The notes beneath the pieces were generated by a model. The model was not told where the DNA came from. It saw only the letters and a program-made list of their open reading frames with translations, and did not search any database. Made by a program: the position numbers and the translations under genes. A DNA stretch of 61,079 nt, counting the filler, from Bipalium vagum (Eukaryota): the NCBI GenBank assembly GCA_037834085.1. It is 3 parts of 3 records of this genome, joined end to end, with 100 filler letters (N's around TTAATTAATTAA, not from the genome) between each part and the next. Parts side by side here need not be neighbours in the genome. Positions count along the whole stretch, not along the records: positions 1 to 18,354 come from JBBMKC010031822.1; 2 more parts are not named here. The stretch is one strand, 5' to 3'. Positions 1 to 12,712 of this stretch are shown here, in pieces; positions within the stretch are counted from its first letter, which is position 1; each line of letters starts with the position of its first letter.

Positions 1-72
<72 letters not shown>
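1..72. repeat. (TAA)n microsatellite
   Basis: Perfect TAA run from the window start. Confidence 0.98.
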
Positions 73-600
73 GTACATCTTACTTGACCTAAATTCAGAT
101 ACAACACTATTTGACATAAAGATTATATTTCGTCATCAAATCTCGTAAATTACGTATGCCCCTTTCATCAAAGCTATGGCCATCTCTTCAACTATTCAAT
201 TCTTATTAGTTTGACTCTGTCTAGACCACTCAGCTCAATTTTGTTTATTAATACAACCTTTGCAATTGTATATGGGCCTTCTTCCTGTTTTGTGGCTCTT
301 TCTTGACCAAAACGTTTTCGCCAATCATAATCTCTCACGCTGACCTCTTTTGTCTTTCTAGAAAAAAACGTTCATCTTGTCTACCGCGTGTTCTGAGTTT
401 TTTCTCTCTTGTCTCGTTATTTCAGTATCTGGATATCTAGTTTTGTTGATCCCGAAACGCAAATTAATTTTTTTAAGCAAAACCGATCTCGAAGGGTGAG
501 ATTTTCGTAGAACTCTGTTGAGTCGCATTGCTGCTAAATTCTATTCATGGCAATAGATCGTACCAGTTCCTTTCTTCAGGACCACATTTCATTGAGGTTG
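73..600 (-). mobile_element. Degenerate Ty3/gypsy integrase C-terminal fragment
   Basis: Minus-strand translations ERNWYDLLP*IEFSSNATQQSSTKISPFEI (late integrase core) and GENVLVKKRATKQEEGPYTI (GPY/F motif), with stop codons. Confidence 0.7.
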
Positions 601-836
601 TCATATATCCATGCACTTTTTATGGTTTTCTCCTGTCTCTAGAATTTTATAATAGATTTTTTTACAATATGCAGGGAGAAATTATATTTACAATGAAAAA
701 TAGATATTAATAAATAAATAATTTATGAACCAAAAGGAGATGCAAAAAGTAAATTACTTGATTTAAAACTATGGCTAAAATTCCGTTCTCATACCCCCAG
801 GGTCATTTTTATTTATCTATTCTAAATAGATTATTT

Positions 837-933
837 TGTAACTGTTGGGTTAGCCAAGGTCACATCCTTACCAACCCTTGTAAAAGTAGAAGTATGGTAG
901 AGGCGGCAATAGGGTTTAGATTGGTTATTATCA

Positions 934-1003
<70 letters not shown>

Positions 1004-1775
1004 TATTAATAATAATAGTTAATTAATTAAAAAGTACATCCAAATAAAAAAGGGGCAATTAATTATTTCCAAAAAGGATCTAATCTTGATTATGGCGAAC
1101 CTAAATTGCCAAGATTAGATCCCCATTGATAAAGCTTGATTGATTGATTGATCGTCTGATCAGAATAATATATAAGGAGATGGAATCCGCAGTGGATTGC
1201 CATAAAATTCTCCGGAGGATAATTGTCCGAAACAGAGCTACAAGGTTACCAGAAGACGAGGATAATTGTCAGAAACAGCCCTACTCGGAACTTTGTCAGA
1301 AGAAGGTCACAAAACGTTCGATATTGTTCAAGAAGGTTTTTTTCAGTCTTTATGCCCTTCATGCCACAGGAGCACACGACGGGTCCTGTGCGGTTAGGGG
1401 GTTTCTGAGCGGATCGGATTTGGCTCAGCTAACTATCCTTTGGACCTGTCGTCACCAGAGGTGAGAGCATTTAAATTTTTATTCTTTTTTTTTCTTCTAA
1501 TTAACCGAATAGACATTTAATTATTTAATTATTAATTATTACTATTCGAGTTTCAGCGTGATAGCATTTGAGCTTTCGTTTTATACAAAAACATTTGATG
1601 CAGACATTTTACTGATTGTTGGAAAGATTTTGTTTGTATTGTTATTGTAGCAATAAAGTGCTGTTCATAATTATTTGATTCATTCAATTGCGTACAAGTA
1701 GGCACAAGTGAAGGGGTCAGTAACTTTGCGAGCTAAGTGTTACGACAGGGTTCATAGTGAGTTAATATCGTAACA
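837..1775 (+). mobile_element. Probable LTR (solo or detached) of a gypsy-type element
   Basis: TGTAAC...TAACA termini, TATATAA near 1169, AATAAA at 1652. The post-polyA segment resembles 16473-16520. No clear TSD. Confidence 0.45.
938..1001. repeat. (TAA)n microsatellite
   Basis: TAA run seen directly. Confidence 0.95.
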
Positions 1776-4700
1776 TAACTATTTAAATATTTTAGAGAAT
1801 TTTTAAAATCTACTAAATTTGCCATAAATTAGTGACATAAAATTATGATTTTATTGAAAATATAATAAAGGAACAAATTAAAATGAGATTACTAAAGAAA
1901 ATCGACTTTTATATAAATTCTTTATTTCTTATAACATAAAAATTTAAAACTTCTAACTTTAAGTTTATTATCGCACCACAAAACGCATATAAAAAGATAT
2001 TTCATTGTTTCATTATGATTAAAAATGAGTAAAAAAGATTTAGATATATTTTATCACAGAAGAGCAAAGTCTGATGAAATTTGACAAAAATAATAAGGTC
2101 TTTTTGTATATTGAACGAAATAAAAACCGATGAAAGTTTATAAATTGAATCAGATGGAATGAAGCATTATTGGTAAGCTGAGGCAGTTGAACATTTCCGT
2201 TTGTTGGCATCTCTGAAAAAGAATCCACACAGAATACCTGTTGAAAAAATTGATAATGAAAAAGACTACGAGAAGTATTTAACAGTGAAACACTAGATCT
2301 ACTCAAAGACTGTCGGCATGGATAAATTTGTTCAGGATACAAGAGATTTTCATTTTTGAATCATTTTCAGATGTTTTTGAATTTTCCAAGTCGTTCAAAA
2401 CTCGATTATATTTAGAATCGTATTTTCATTTTAAAAATATGTTTACGAAAGTCGACCTGTTTATTTATCATATATAAACAGTTAAGATTGCCACAATGGT
2501 AAATTTTCTTCATTCCTGTGTGAACCATAATATTATCTGGAATATTTAATGAGCATATATTGCATAAGTTTTTATTTGTTGAAGCTATAACTTGAACTTC
2601 ATCTAGAAAAGTTTTAATTATAATATTATAAATACATTTAAAAATTATAAAAATATTAAAATGTATTATTTAAAAAAATCTAGTGATAAAAGATGAATTT
2701 AAAAAACCTCGCTTTGGGAGTACGAGAACGGTAAATAATCCAAAAAATTAATGTAAACTTTTTATCAAAAATTTTTGAAGAAACAAATCTTATAGAAAGT
2801 AAAACAAAAAATATGATTATGTAATGTAGCAAATAAATCAATTTATATTTTTATTACTTTTAGAGAAATAGACTTTGGTTTTTATAAAAATAATAGTTTA
2901 CTTATTCAAGATAAAATAATTGGTTAAAGTAATAGAACTTATTCAAATTATGTGCTTATTCAAATGTTCACTATTCTTTCAAATTAAAAAATTTAATATC
3001 TATATGACATGGTTATTATACCTTAATGTTATAAATATTTAATTTATCTTTATATTCAATATATGATTAACTCCCAAGGGAAAATAAAATATTCCATTTC
3101 TAAATAATCATAAATATCTTGTAACGAATTTATTACTTAATTCAAAATACAAATGTTCTAAATATAAGAATTTGTTTAACTAAAAATGTTTTTTATTTTT
3201 TCTACTCATTTTTAAAAATATTATTTATATTTAAAATTTTAGGAATATTTCTATGATTTTTAATATGGGTTAGGGAATAGGATTTACAATTATATATTTC
3301 TTAATAAAAATCTGCTTTAGTTTTAGTTCTTTTTTGTTTAATATCTATATAGTATAGTTATTATTATATTTATAATTTCAAAATATTTAATTTGTCTTTG
3401 TATTCAATCTATGTTTTACAAAATTATTGTTATTAATTTCATTTAATATATAGATATAATAATTACACTTTTCACATTTTTTATGTCCATGTTGTTATGT
3501 AACAATTCCATTACCCTCAATTATTGTTTTATCATCAGATGCGGATAATACTATTTTTTTGTGAATATAAAATGATATTATGTTTTTCGTATTTTATTCA
3601 CAGATTAAATTTATTAATGATTTTTCCATTAAAAATATTTCTGTAATATTAACATCAATGTTTATTATTTTCATTTCTTTTTCAAATTTTGTCTTGTTCA
3701 ATGTTTAGTGTCTCAACTTTAATCTGACTCCAACTCTTAGATGGTGCAAAATAACAACAATCAGTAAAGCCATAATCAATATTTATATCACAATAGCTCT
3801 CCTAAATCACAGTGATAGCAGCAACACAAAATCATCAAACTCAATAATGAGATCACCAGAAATAATAATATCTAGAATGTCTCAAATGTTTTGAGTAATA
3901 TCAATCAAATCAATTGATTAAAATAAAATATTCATTAAAGTTAAATTTTTATTAGAAAAATCAATTAATTAAAAAAAATTTAAACTAAAATAATAATTAT
4001 CAAATAATAATAAGAAGATTCAAATAAATGTTAAAAAAATAAATAATAAAGAAAGACAAAAACAATCTTACAGGTTGTCTTCATTTAAACTTCCCGAACT
4101 AACAGTTGAGCCTCTACAGTTACTCAGAGATAGTCATCTGGTGGGGAACTTAAACATAAACCCAAAGAAAAGGAAAATATCACGAATATGCTTGTGATAA
4201 TTTTCGTATTGCTTTAAAAATGAAATCTGCTTCTTGAACTGTAAACAATAAGCTTCCTCACAAGTAATAATCAAAATAACTTTAACCAACGCTTTTTAAG
4301 GTTGTGAGGAAATGCTTCTCCTTATATAATCATTCTAAAATAAACAGTTTGGAGACGAATACCCTCCAAATTCCAAAAATGTGCTCCTTGATGGTCATTT
4401 TTTGAGCTAATTGCTTTATTTCCTCATTTTTCTCCTAAGATCTTCCCTTAATTACTCTTCTAAACCCTTCAGTAATATTTTAAATATTTTTAATAGGTTT
4501 TAATTAGGCTAAAAATAATTTTAGGGAAATTTTTTCAATGACTTTTTAAGAGGTTAATTAAAATTTATTATCTAATTAGTTAATTATTAATTAATTTATA
4601 TATTAAAGGGGTATTTTATGAATTATCTGATTTCTTTATTGATCTTACGGTTGACTTTGGGAAATTAACAGTCTTATTGATGTTATTTTCACTCACTATT

Positions 4701-4940
4701 CATATACATATTTAATTAAATAACATTCTTTAAAAACATCATTATGTTTTTCATCTTTAAATTTAAGTAACTCATCCCTGATATGATGTTTAATTTTAAT
4801 TTCAATATCTTTTATTGTTTCATTCTCATCTAAAAAAATTCAACAAACAATAAATCAGTGTCACCAAAAGAATTTTACATTTTCCAGATAATTTTTTTTC
4901 TAAACAATTATAAAAAAATCACAAGTTTTAATTTAAAATA

Positions 4941-6330
4941 TCATAGATACTCGAATATAAGTCGACCTCGTGTATAAGTCGAGGAAGAGAAATGGGAAAT
5001 TCTGTGAAAAACCGTATGATTCTTATATAAGTCGAGGTAAAAATATATGTCTGGGTAGTTTCCTCTTTCGTACATTTGGAAAATAGCATAAAATAAAAAG
5101 GAAAAAATGTCAATCTTTTGATATTTTATTGCAAAATATTCGTGATAATATTTATATATTTTTATTTACAAACATGACATCATAGGTAACATTTATTCAA
5201 AACCACAAAATTCGGAATCCGAGTCTGATTGAAGAAGTTGCAATGCCTGCTCATTAGTCATATGGTTTGGATAGAAGTCGTCATCATCTTCGGCAGCGGT
5301 GATGTCATCTATCCAGAATATGTCGTCTTCAGTTCCGTCGATCTTGTTTGATATCCCGGTCTTCTTGAAGCTGTTTGAGATGAGTGGGGCGTCTATCTTC
5401 TCCCAGACTGTTTTGGTCCACCCAGTGATTGTCAAGAGGTCTGGTCGTTTCAGGTTTCCAGCTTTGGTGGTCTGAGCTTGTCCACTGGACATCCACAATG
5501 TCCATTGGTCTAGTACATGACAATTGAATGGTCGGTTGATGCTGACATCAAGTGGCTGGAGTATAGAAGTGAGTCCACCTGAAATGACTGCAACATCTGT
5601 TTTGTATTGGTTTTGTATTCGCTGCTTGACGTGATCTACTAGGTATCCGCGAAAGCTGTCCCAAATGAGGAGACTTCTGTTTTGGTTGAAGGGGCGGTTA
5701 GCCCAGACCTTTTGGAGCCAGATCAACATTGCATCTGTGTCCATCCAGTCTTTTTCATTGACGTGCACAACAACATCAGAAGGAAACCTTATTTTTGGTA
5801 CCGTTTTTCTCTTGAATATTAACATTGGTCTTAATTTTTGGTCATCGGCTGTACAACATAACACAGTAGTAAAATAAGTTTTATCATTTCCTGTAGTTCT
5901 GACAAGAACTGTCAAATTCTTTTGCTGCTTTGCTTTTGTTGTTCTCATTTTCTGCATATTTGATCACTTTAAGTTTAAATGAAGCATCATACGCATATCG
6001 TTTTCGTTTCTGTTTTGCATTTCGTGGGTGTAGAATGACTGAATTTTATAATTGTGACAGATGACATGGGCTATATATAGGCGAGTTGTGTGCGACGTGC
6101 TAAAAAAATTTGAAATAAATTTATCATGCGTAGCTCTGTGATGCTGAGAAAAACTGGGGAAAAAACGAAACATAAATGATAACCAGTATTCAATTATGAA
6201 AACAACGTGATACATTGCATAAATACAGTCATTACATTGGTTAAAACTGCTATGACTCTTATATAAGTCGACCCCATTTTTTCATCAAATTTTATAGAAA
6301 AAACCTCGACTTATATTCGAGTATCTACGG
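4941..6330 (-). mobile_element. pogo/Tc2-like DNA transposon, internally deleted
   Basis: TIRs (T/C)C(A/G)TAGATACTCGAATATAAGTCGA at both ends, TA flanks at 4939-4940 and 6331-6332, subterminal ATAAGTCGA repeats, internal DDE_1-type ORF. Confidence 0.9.
5193..6020 (-). pseudogene. POGK-like pogo transposase remnant (Brinker-type DBD start joined out of frame to the DDE_1 domain)
   Basis: TTGNDK..TVLCCTAD..KL.PMLIFK, LLIWDSFRG, GGLTSILQPLDVSINRPF and an acidic tail. Another frame gives KRKRYAYDASFKLKVIKYAENENNKSKAAKEF. Confidence 0.85.
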
Positions 6331-7867
6331 TACTCTTAAACAAAGAATCTCACATAAATAAATTTATCAAACTAATATATGAATTTTTCATGTGACATGC
6401 AATTACATTTTCCGTAAACATTTTATATCTTTCAAAGGTTATTTTAGATTGTATTAAAAAGCTTTTAATTGAAAGCTTGTATTACTTGAAACTATTTTAA
6501 CGTTTTGTCGATTTCGTACATTTTCTAATGTTTTACCATAGAAAGTATTATTTAAAAGTTTGAAAAAAACCTTTAAACCACTTTGATTTCTCCAATACCA
6601 TTTTTCTGTACTTTTTTAAAATCATTCGTTGATCAAGATAATAGTCTTATAAATATCCTTCAACAATATATTCATTTTTATCAAATTGGGTTAACATTAA
6701 TTTCTCATTAAATATGTCACTTGTTTTATTTTGTTTTTGATAATCAGGTAATGATAGCTTTTTAATATAACTATGTAGAATACTCTAAATCAACTATGTG
6801 AGATAAATTGAAAATTAGTCTGGGATGTAGCTCAGCGGTCAAAGCAGTTCATACGCATGTGAAAAAAAGTAGCAATACTTTTGATTTATTGATGAAACAA
6901 AATAATTTTCAAACTGATAAATTTAATTTTTCTAAAAATTTCTTGACCCGTAAGCTATTCCGTAAAGAGAGAAGTTTAATCTTAAATGAATTCACTGCCA
7001 TAAAAAATCTATGTAAACTTAAGGAAAGTGCAGCGAAATGTAAGGCCATTAATTTTGTCATAAAATTAAATTCAGAAATTAAAAATCTGTTGGAAATAAA
7101 TAATATTAAAAATATTTTCTATAAAGACATTATTTGGGGTGAACATTTTGCTAAATAAAAAACAAATAAACAAAACTAAGAAAAATATAGACGTATCAAC
7201 AATTTTCACAGATGACTTATCTCAATTATTAAAGAAAAGTCTGAATTACTTTTTTAAGACGATCGAAATTAATTGTTCCGATATTAATAAACAAAAGCGT
7301 TTAATAAAACTTTTAAAATATCAAATTCAAGAGAGGGATTTAAGTGAAAAATTAGAAACTAAATTTTTATAATTAATGTTTAAAGAAAAATTTTCAAGTT
7401 TAAAAGCAAATATTTGAGAATTTAAATTGGACATGATCTCGTCTATAAAATTCAAATCGGATTCAGAAAATGATGTGCTCTCTACAATGGAAACACTTTT
7501 GACAAAAATACCAATATTATGTGACAAAACTCCATTTTATGCAAAACAAAAAATTATTCATCAAGCTCTTAAAATTCCATCAGTAAAGGGGAAAAGATCA
7601 TAAGATCATAAAGAAGAGCATAAGAATCAAAATATTGAAACTTGCTGTCCAGTTTCTGCTGATGTTAAACCAATAATTTTAAAGACAGACACCACCTGCT
7701 TTCCAATATGCAAAGAAATGCATCGAACAGCTTAATAAAGAATTTATTGAAAAGGGTGAGGCTGAAATGGAACCTAAAAGTAAAATCAATAATAATTCAG
7801 AGATTACCGAAATCGTTGAGGGGATAATAAAATCAAATCTCCAATCTCAACTCGAATTAGGCAGAAG

Positions 7868-8760
7868 ATGGTTGAGCTCAGTACCTTTTTCTTCAAACCT
7901 CTTCTGAAACCATTTATGCCTAAATATGTTTCTAATCAGATAGGAGTTTTGAATTCGGCTTTGAACTTAGCATTCAGAATCATCGTGAAAATAATTGACC
8001 GTCAATTGGAAATAAGTAAACAAAACAATGGCTATGATTGCGGAATATTTGTCGTTGCCTTTTTTCAACTGATTGATAAACATTGGGATACAGATAAATT
8101 GGTAATTTCTCTAAAGTTTATTACTAAAATTTGAAAAAGACCATTTAATCTTCAAAATTCGCTCAATATCAAATCTCTTCTTTCTGGTCGCGGTAATTCC
8201 GAAGAACTTCCGCTTGATATTAAAACTTCAAAAATAAAATTTTAATATTAAAAAATCCACAATCTTTTTCCGAAGCTTTAAGTGACATTTCCTCTCTTTT
8301 ATATTTCAAGGACGATCATCTTGTGGCTCTTTGCTCTCATTACATTAATTGTAGAGAAATCCTTGTTTTGCATCCTTTGATAAGTAAGGCGTTTGTAATG
8401 TGAAAATTTCGAATTTATTAGTGACCATATAACTTTCAAAATGTTTAAAGATAAGAAACTCGTCTTGTGTCCATATTTTTGCTGTGAAAATTATTGGATT
8501 CTTTTCGTTGTTAACTTTTCTAATAAAATAGTGTATTGTTTTGATCTAAATAACGAAAAATAAGCGTCTTCGTTAGTGAAATCTACGTCAGTGAAATGAC
8601 AGTGTTGATGACACTGTTTTCTCTTGATCAAATTTTGTTTTCGGCCTTTTTTGATACACCTGAACACCAGAAAATGAAGCATAAGAAAGATAGCGAACCT
8701 CTTGTTTGTAGACTGATGTTCGTTCTTGCTCATAATCGTCAACTTTTCGGAGTAAACTGT
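7868..8760 (+). pseudogene. Ulp1/SENP (peptidase C48)-like domain remnants of the LINE
   Basis: QNNGYDCGIFV at ~8021. A second set LVLCPYFCCENYWILFVVNFSNKIVYCFD starts at ~8459 (His-motif region). Confidence 0.7.
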
Positions 8761-9209
8761 AATGTTATTCAGCAAATGCAGATGGCATTCAAAATCTCCT
8801 AATTTCAAGCCAATTCGTACGTTTGTTTCACTTCAAAGTATTTTTGTTACTCGACTTTCCATGGCTGAAAGTTTAACTTCTGATTGTTTAGAGCAAAACC
8901 TTTCTAACAACGAATTCGATGATAAACTAGTCAACTACATTTATGAGTTGAGGCAAATTAAGGAGAAAACTTATTTCTTGGTAAAATGCCTGGTGAAAGG
9001 TCACATATGGATATTAATTTGAGGAAAATTTATCATATTACTCCGTCAACAGCTTTCAAAATTATTGTAGACACGACAATTGCTGATTGCACACCGTCTA
9101 TGGATGAGATTTATCTATATTACAAACAAAATCAGTGCATCCCCCATCTTGTGACTGGTCTCAATTTGAGCTATTTAATCTTATTAAACAGGGATCACAA
9201 TTCAATTTC

Positions 9210-10180
9210 CAATTAATTGAATGTGATTCACTACAGAAAATCTTAAAATCCTGTAAGAATTCAGCTCCAGGCATTAGCAACATCACGTATGCTGACATCA
9301 AATACTGTGATCCGTTGCTAAAAATTCATTGCACTTTGTTCAACAGAATAATTGTCGATTTATCTCGTCCTTCTCGCTGAAGTCTTTCTCTACCTTGCTT
9401 ATTCCAAAGCCCGTGAAAAAAGGATAGGACCATGATATCAATTCATGGAGAGCAATTGCTTCTCTTGAATGCTCATACAAGATATTTGCTTCCGCTTTAT
9501 CTTCACAACTTTCTGGTTGGTTGAATGCCAATAATCTTTTAAATCCAATGCAAAAGAGCCTTGGTCCGTTCAATGGATGTTCTGAACACAATTTTCTTCT
9601 TCGAGATTTAATTAATCGGCATCCGAGAGAACTGAATATGCCTCTGCATATGGCTTTTCTAGATGTAGCTGATGATTTCGACAGTATTGATATTTTCTGC
9701 ATTGCTGCTTGTCTTCGGCGAATAGGTGTTGGCTCTCGATCATGTCAATTGATTGGTTTTTTATAGAAACTGCCAATCATATTTCATGAGCGGTAATTTG
9801 ACCACTGAGTCTATTCCTATCAACGTTGGTGTTCGACAAGGTTTTCATTTATTGATGTTGATATTTAAACTGGGAATGAATCCAATAGTCTTGATCAGGT
9901 GTTGAGCGGCACTCAACCGATTCGTGAATATCGGTTGAGTGCGCTTGTATATGCAGATGATGTCGTACTTTTAGCTACCAGTCGTCCACATATGCAAGAC
10001 CTACTGGATCGCGCAGTTCAGGTATCATCATGGCTCCACTTGAAATTTTGGCCATCAAAGTGTGTTTTTGTTCGTGTCCCTCAAGTTCAAAATGCATTTC
10101 CTTTGAGAATTGGTGAATCTCATATTGCTACTATGATGGTTGATGAAATTTATCGCTACTTGGGTGTTGATTTCTGTGAA
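9210..10180 (+). pseudogene. Reverse transcriptase domain, frameshifted
   Basis: Conserved non-LTR RT motifs spread over several frames, including LVYADDVVLLA and YRYLGV. Confidence 0.92.
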
Positions 10181-10703
10181 AATCTCAACTTTCCACCGAG
10201 ATCTTTGTTTGCAAAAATCATACATGAGCTGAAAACGATCGCTGATAGCATTCTCTATTCTTGGCAGAAATTGAATGCTTATCATGTCTTTATTCACTCT
10301 AAAATGATCTTTGCTTTTCGGAACAATTACATCACTTTTAATGAAATGACACAAGGGGAAAATGCAATAGAGCAACATTCGGCGTCTGTTGAAAAGTATC
10401 CTTGGTCTTGGTATTTCGTCATCGATAAAATACATGTACACACCGAAATCTCATGGTGGAGCAGGTTTTGTTTCTATTGTTAATAAATACTTTGTGCAGT
10501 CAATTGCAAATGTGTTCCAACTTTTCAACTCATCCGATAAAATCATCAGAATCATCTCAATTTCGTCGCTAATTTCTGCTGCTTCAAATCCAGGTTTGGG
10601 CAAGAAAGTCTCAATAGAACAGGCTTTTGAATGGTTGAATCAAGGAGATGTTCATTGTCTTCAAAATTGCTGATGAAAAAAGACACTTTCGACCATTAAT
10701 CAA

Positions 10704-11696
10704 ATGAAATCACGCCATAAAATATCAATCAAATTCGAAAAGAATGAAAATGACATTTGCTTGAAATACTTCCAACATCTTCACTCAAGCTATCAGAACG
10801 AAGGGATCATTAAACCCAAAGACTCAAAGGTAATATCCAAAGTTCTCCACAATCTCGTGAAAAACGCATGGAACGACAGCTGGAATTCTCAATCCAGTGC
10901 AAGTCGCTTCGCTTCGTCAATCGGTCAGTCGACGTTCTCAACAACGCCAATTTTCAACGGTGAAATATCAATTGCCGCTTGGTATATCATCCACCGTGTA
11001 CGATCTTATTCTATTCAGATTATTGCTAGTCACGGTTCAGTATTCAGAGGAGGCAGAAGATACAATCAACCGGAGGGGACGCTGTCTCATGTTCTCGTTG
11101 ACTGTCTACCTTCCAGAATATTTGCAAATTATCGCCACAATTCAATTCAAGATCACTTGGCAGAGCAAATCAGACAGAACACAAAGGCAAAAGTCTTTGT
11201 CAATGTAGAAAGCCAGTACTTTAATTCTGCCAAACGTATCGATCTTCAAATAGAATTTTCTGAGCAAAAAGTGTTATTCCTCATCGACGTCAAATGCCCT
11301 TATGATACAGAAAATACTATTTTCTGGAATCATGCGAAATATCTGAGTCATTACAAGGAACTTTTGGATCAAACGAAGAAAGCTCTACCAGAATGGACCG
11401 TCAATTTGGACACTTTTGCAGTCGGGTGTCTTGGATCATGGATGAAGCACAACGAGAGAATTCTTAAAGGCCTTCAACTCTCAAAGCGGAAGATAACAGA
11501 AATCGGCAAATTCTCTGTTTCTGCAAACATCAAGTGGAGTGCGGCTCAATGGAAATTTCATCGGAATGTTGGGAAGACATCGATGAATTTCTATGAAATA
11601 CAAGACTATGCTGATGAATCCAATCCTACTTACCCAATATCCGACAACTTAGAAGAAGGAATTGATCTGCATAAATGTACTGATGAACATATATAA
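10704..11696 (+). pseudogene. Zinc knuckle plus restriction-like endonuclease (C-terminus of the LINE ORF)
   Basis: RHNSIQDHL, KRIDLQ, LIDVKCPYD and VGCLGSW are typical RLE motifs. Confidence 0.9.
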
Positions 11697-12029
11697 ACAA
11701 CACTTTTAAAAAATTGTGATATAATTTATTGAACTATTTATTTGTATGTTTTATTTTTTGCCATACTAAGCTCACAGCAATTGCTGATAATTTATGTTCA
11801 TACATGTAAAAATTTGTTGTAAAAAAATACAATTTTGTCTGTTCGAATCCCGGTATCTCCAATAAATTTTCAACTAACATGACGACTACACCAGGACAAC
11901 AACCAGCGGATGAGGTCTCGAAATTGGAATAAGCAATGGAAAGGAAATTGAAATTAATGACTCGGGGCGGTTAATAGTATGGATGTGAGCTTTAAAGAAG
12001 AGGGATGTGAGATAATTTTAAAATTAGTC

Positions 12030-12102
12030 CGCGATGTACCTCAGTGGCCAGAGCAGTCCATGGGCATGTGAACGGTCGTGGGTTCAAATCCCGGTATCTC
12101 CA
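12030..12102 (+). ncRNA. tRNA-Ala-like sequence embedded in the TRIM LTR (pseudo-tRNA / Pol III promoter)
   Basis: A-box TA(C/G)CTCAGTGG, B-box GGTTCAAATCC, 3' end GGTATCTCCA. The 5' LTR copy reads GGGATGTAGCTCAG with arm GTTCATACGCATGTGAAC (CGC in the loop). Confidence 0.8.
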
Positions 12103-12712
12103 ATTAATTTTCAACTAACAAATTATATATATAACTTATTTTAACAGATGATGTTCTTTCAAAATTATTATTTGTATCTTCATACATTTCAATCGTTAGT
12201 TGAATATGTTAAGTTAACTGACTCGTAAATAGGCTGGATTTTCAACCAACCTCATCAGGTAGCGCTAAAGATATTATACATTAAATAATTTTATTTCTTT
12301 ACATTTTCTGAACCTGGTAATTCATCCAAATTTAAAGATATAAAATCATTTAAGTTAAATGCTCCATACAATGTACTTAATAATTTTATTTTTGGACATT
12401 ATTTCAATAAAAACTCAAATTTTAATTGTCAAATTTTCTTTTTATGTTACTAATTTCATCTGTTCTTTTTTTTAAATTCTAATAGTAATTTGAGCTAAAG
12501 ATCACTTTTTCATATTCTTCACGAGTATTTCCTATTTATGTGACTACCCATTAATATTAAATAATAACATATGATATTTTGTTTAACCGCCCTAATTTAT
12601 TTAGTAAAACTTTAACTTGTTCATAATAATAGTATAATTGTATTACATAATATTCATAAACATTTTTTTTCAAATATTCCTCATACTAATTAATAAATCA
12701 ACTTATTTAGCC

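Larger units (their letters stand above)
6864..11840 (+). mobile_element. Degenerate near full-length RLE-type non-LTR retrotransposon (NeSL/R5-like)
   Basis: Ulp1-like QNNGYDCGIFV. RT motifs NSAPG, WRAIASLECSYKIF, GCSEHNFLL, AFLDVADDFDSI, GVRQG, YADD. Also YTPKSHGGAG, a degenerate CCHC (TLSHVLVDC), RHNSIQ and RIDL...LIDVKCPYD (PD-(D/E)XK). Many frameshifts. Confidence 0.93.
6797..12120 (+). mobile_element. Non-autonomous LTR retrotransposon (TRIM) with tRNA-like LTRs; 5' LTR interrupted by an RLE LINE
   Basis: 5' LTR is 6797-6863 plus 11841-11879 and 3' LTR is 12006-12120, both TGTGAG...CTAACA. PBS-like TGACGACTACACCAGGA at 11880, PPT AAAGAAGAGGGA at 11994-12005, flanks AACTA/AATTA. Confidence 0.85.

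Noticed and set aside
11900-11940. Minimal hammerhead-like motif CGGATGA-GGTCTC-GAAA in the TRIM internal region
   Set aside because: The core has CGGA instead of CUGA and no helix I can be formed. Worth rechecking only on the family consensus.
12030-12102. Functional tRNA-Ala gene
   Set aside because: The acceptor and anticodon arms are mutated and the sequence lies inside LTR-like repeats.
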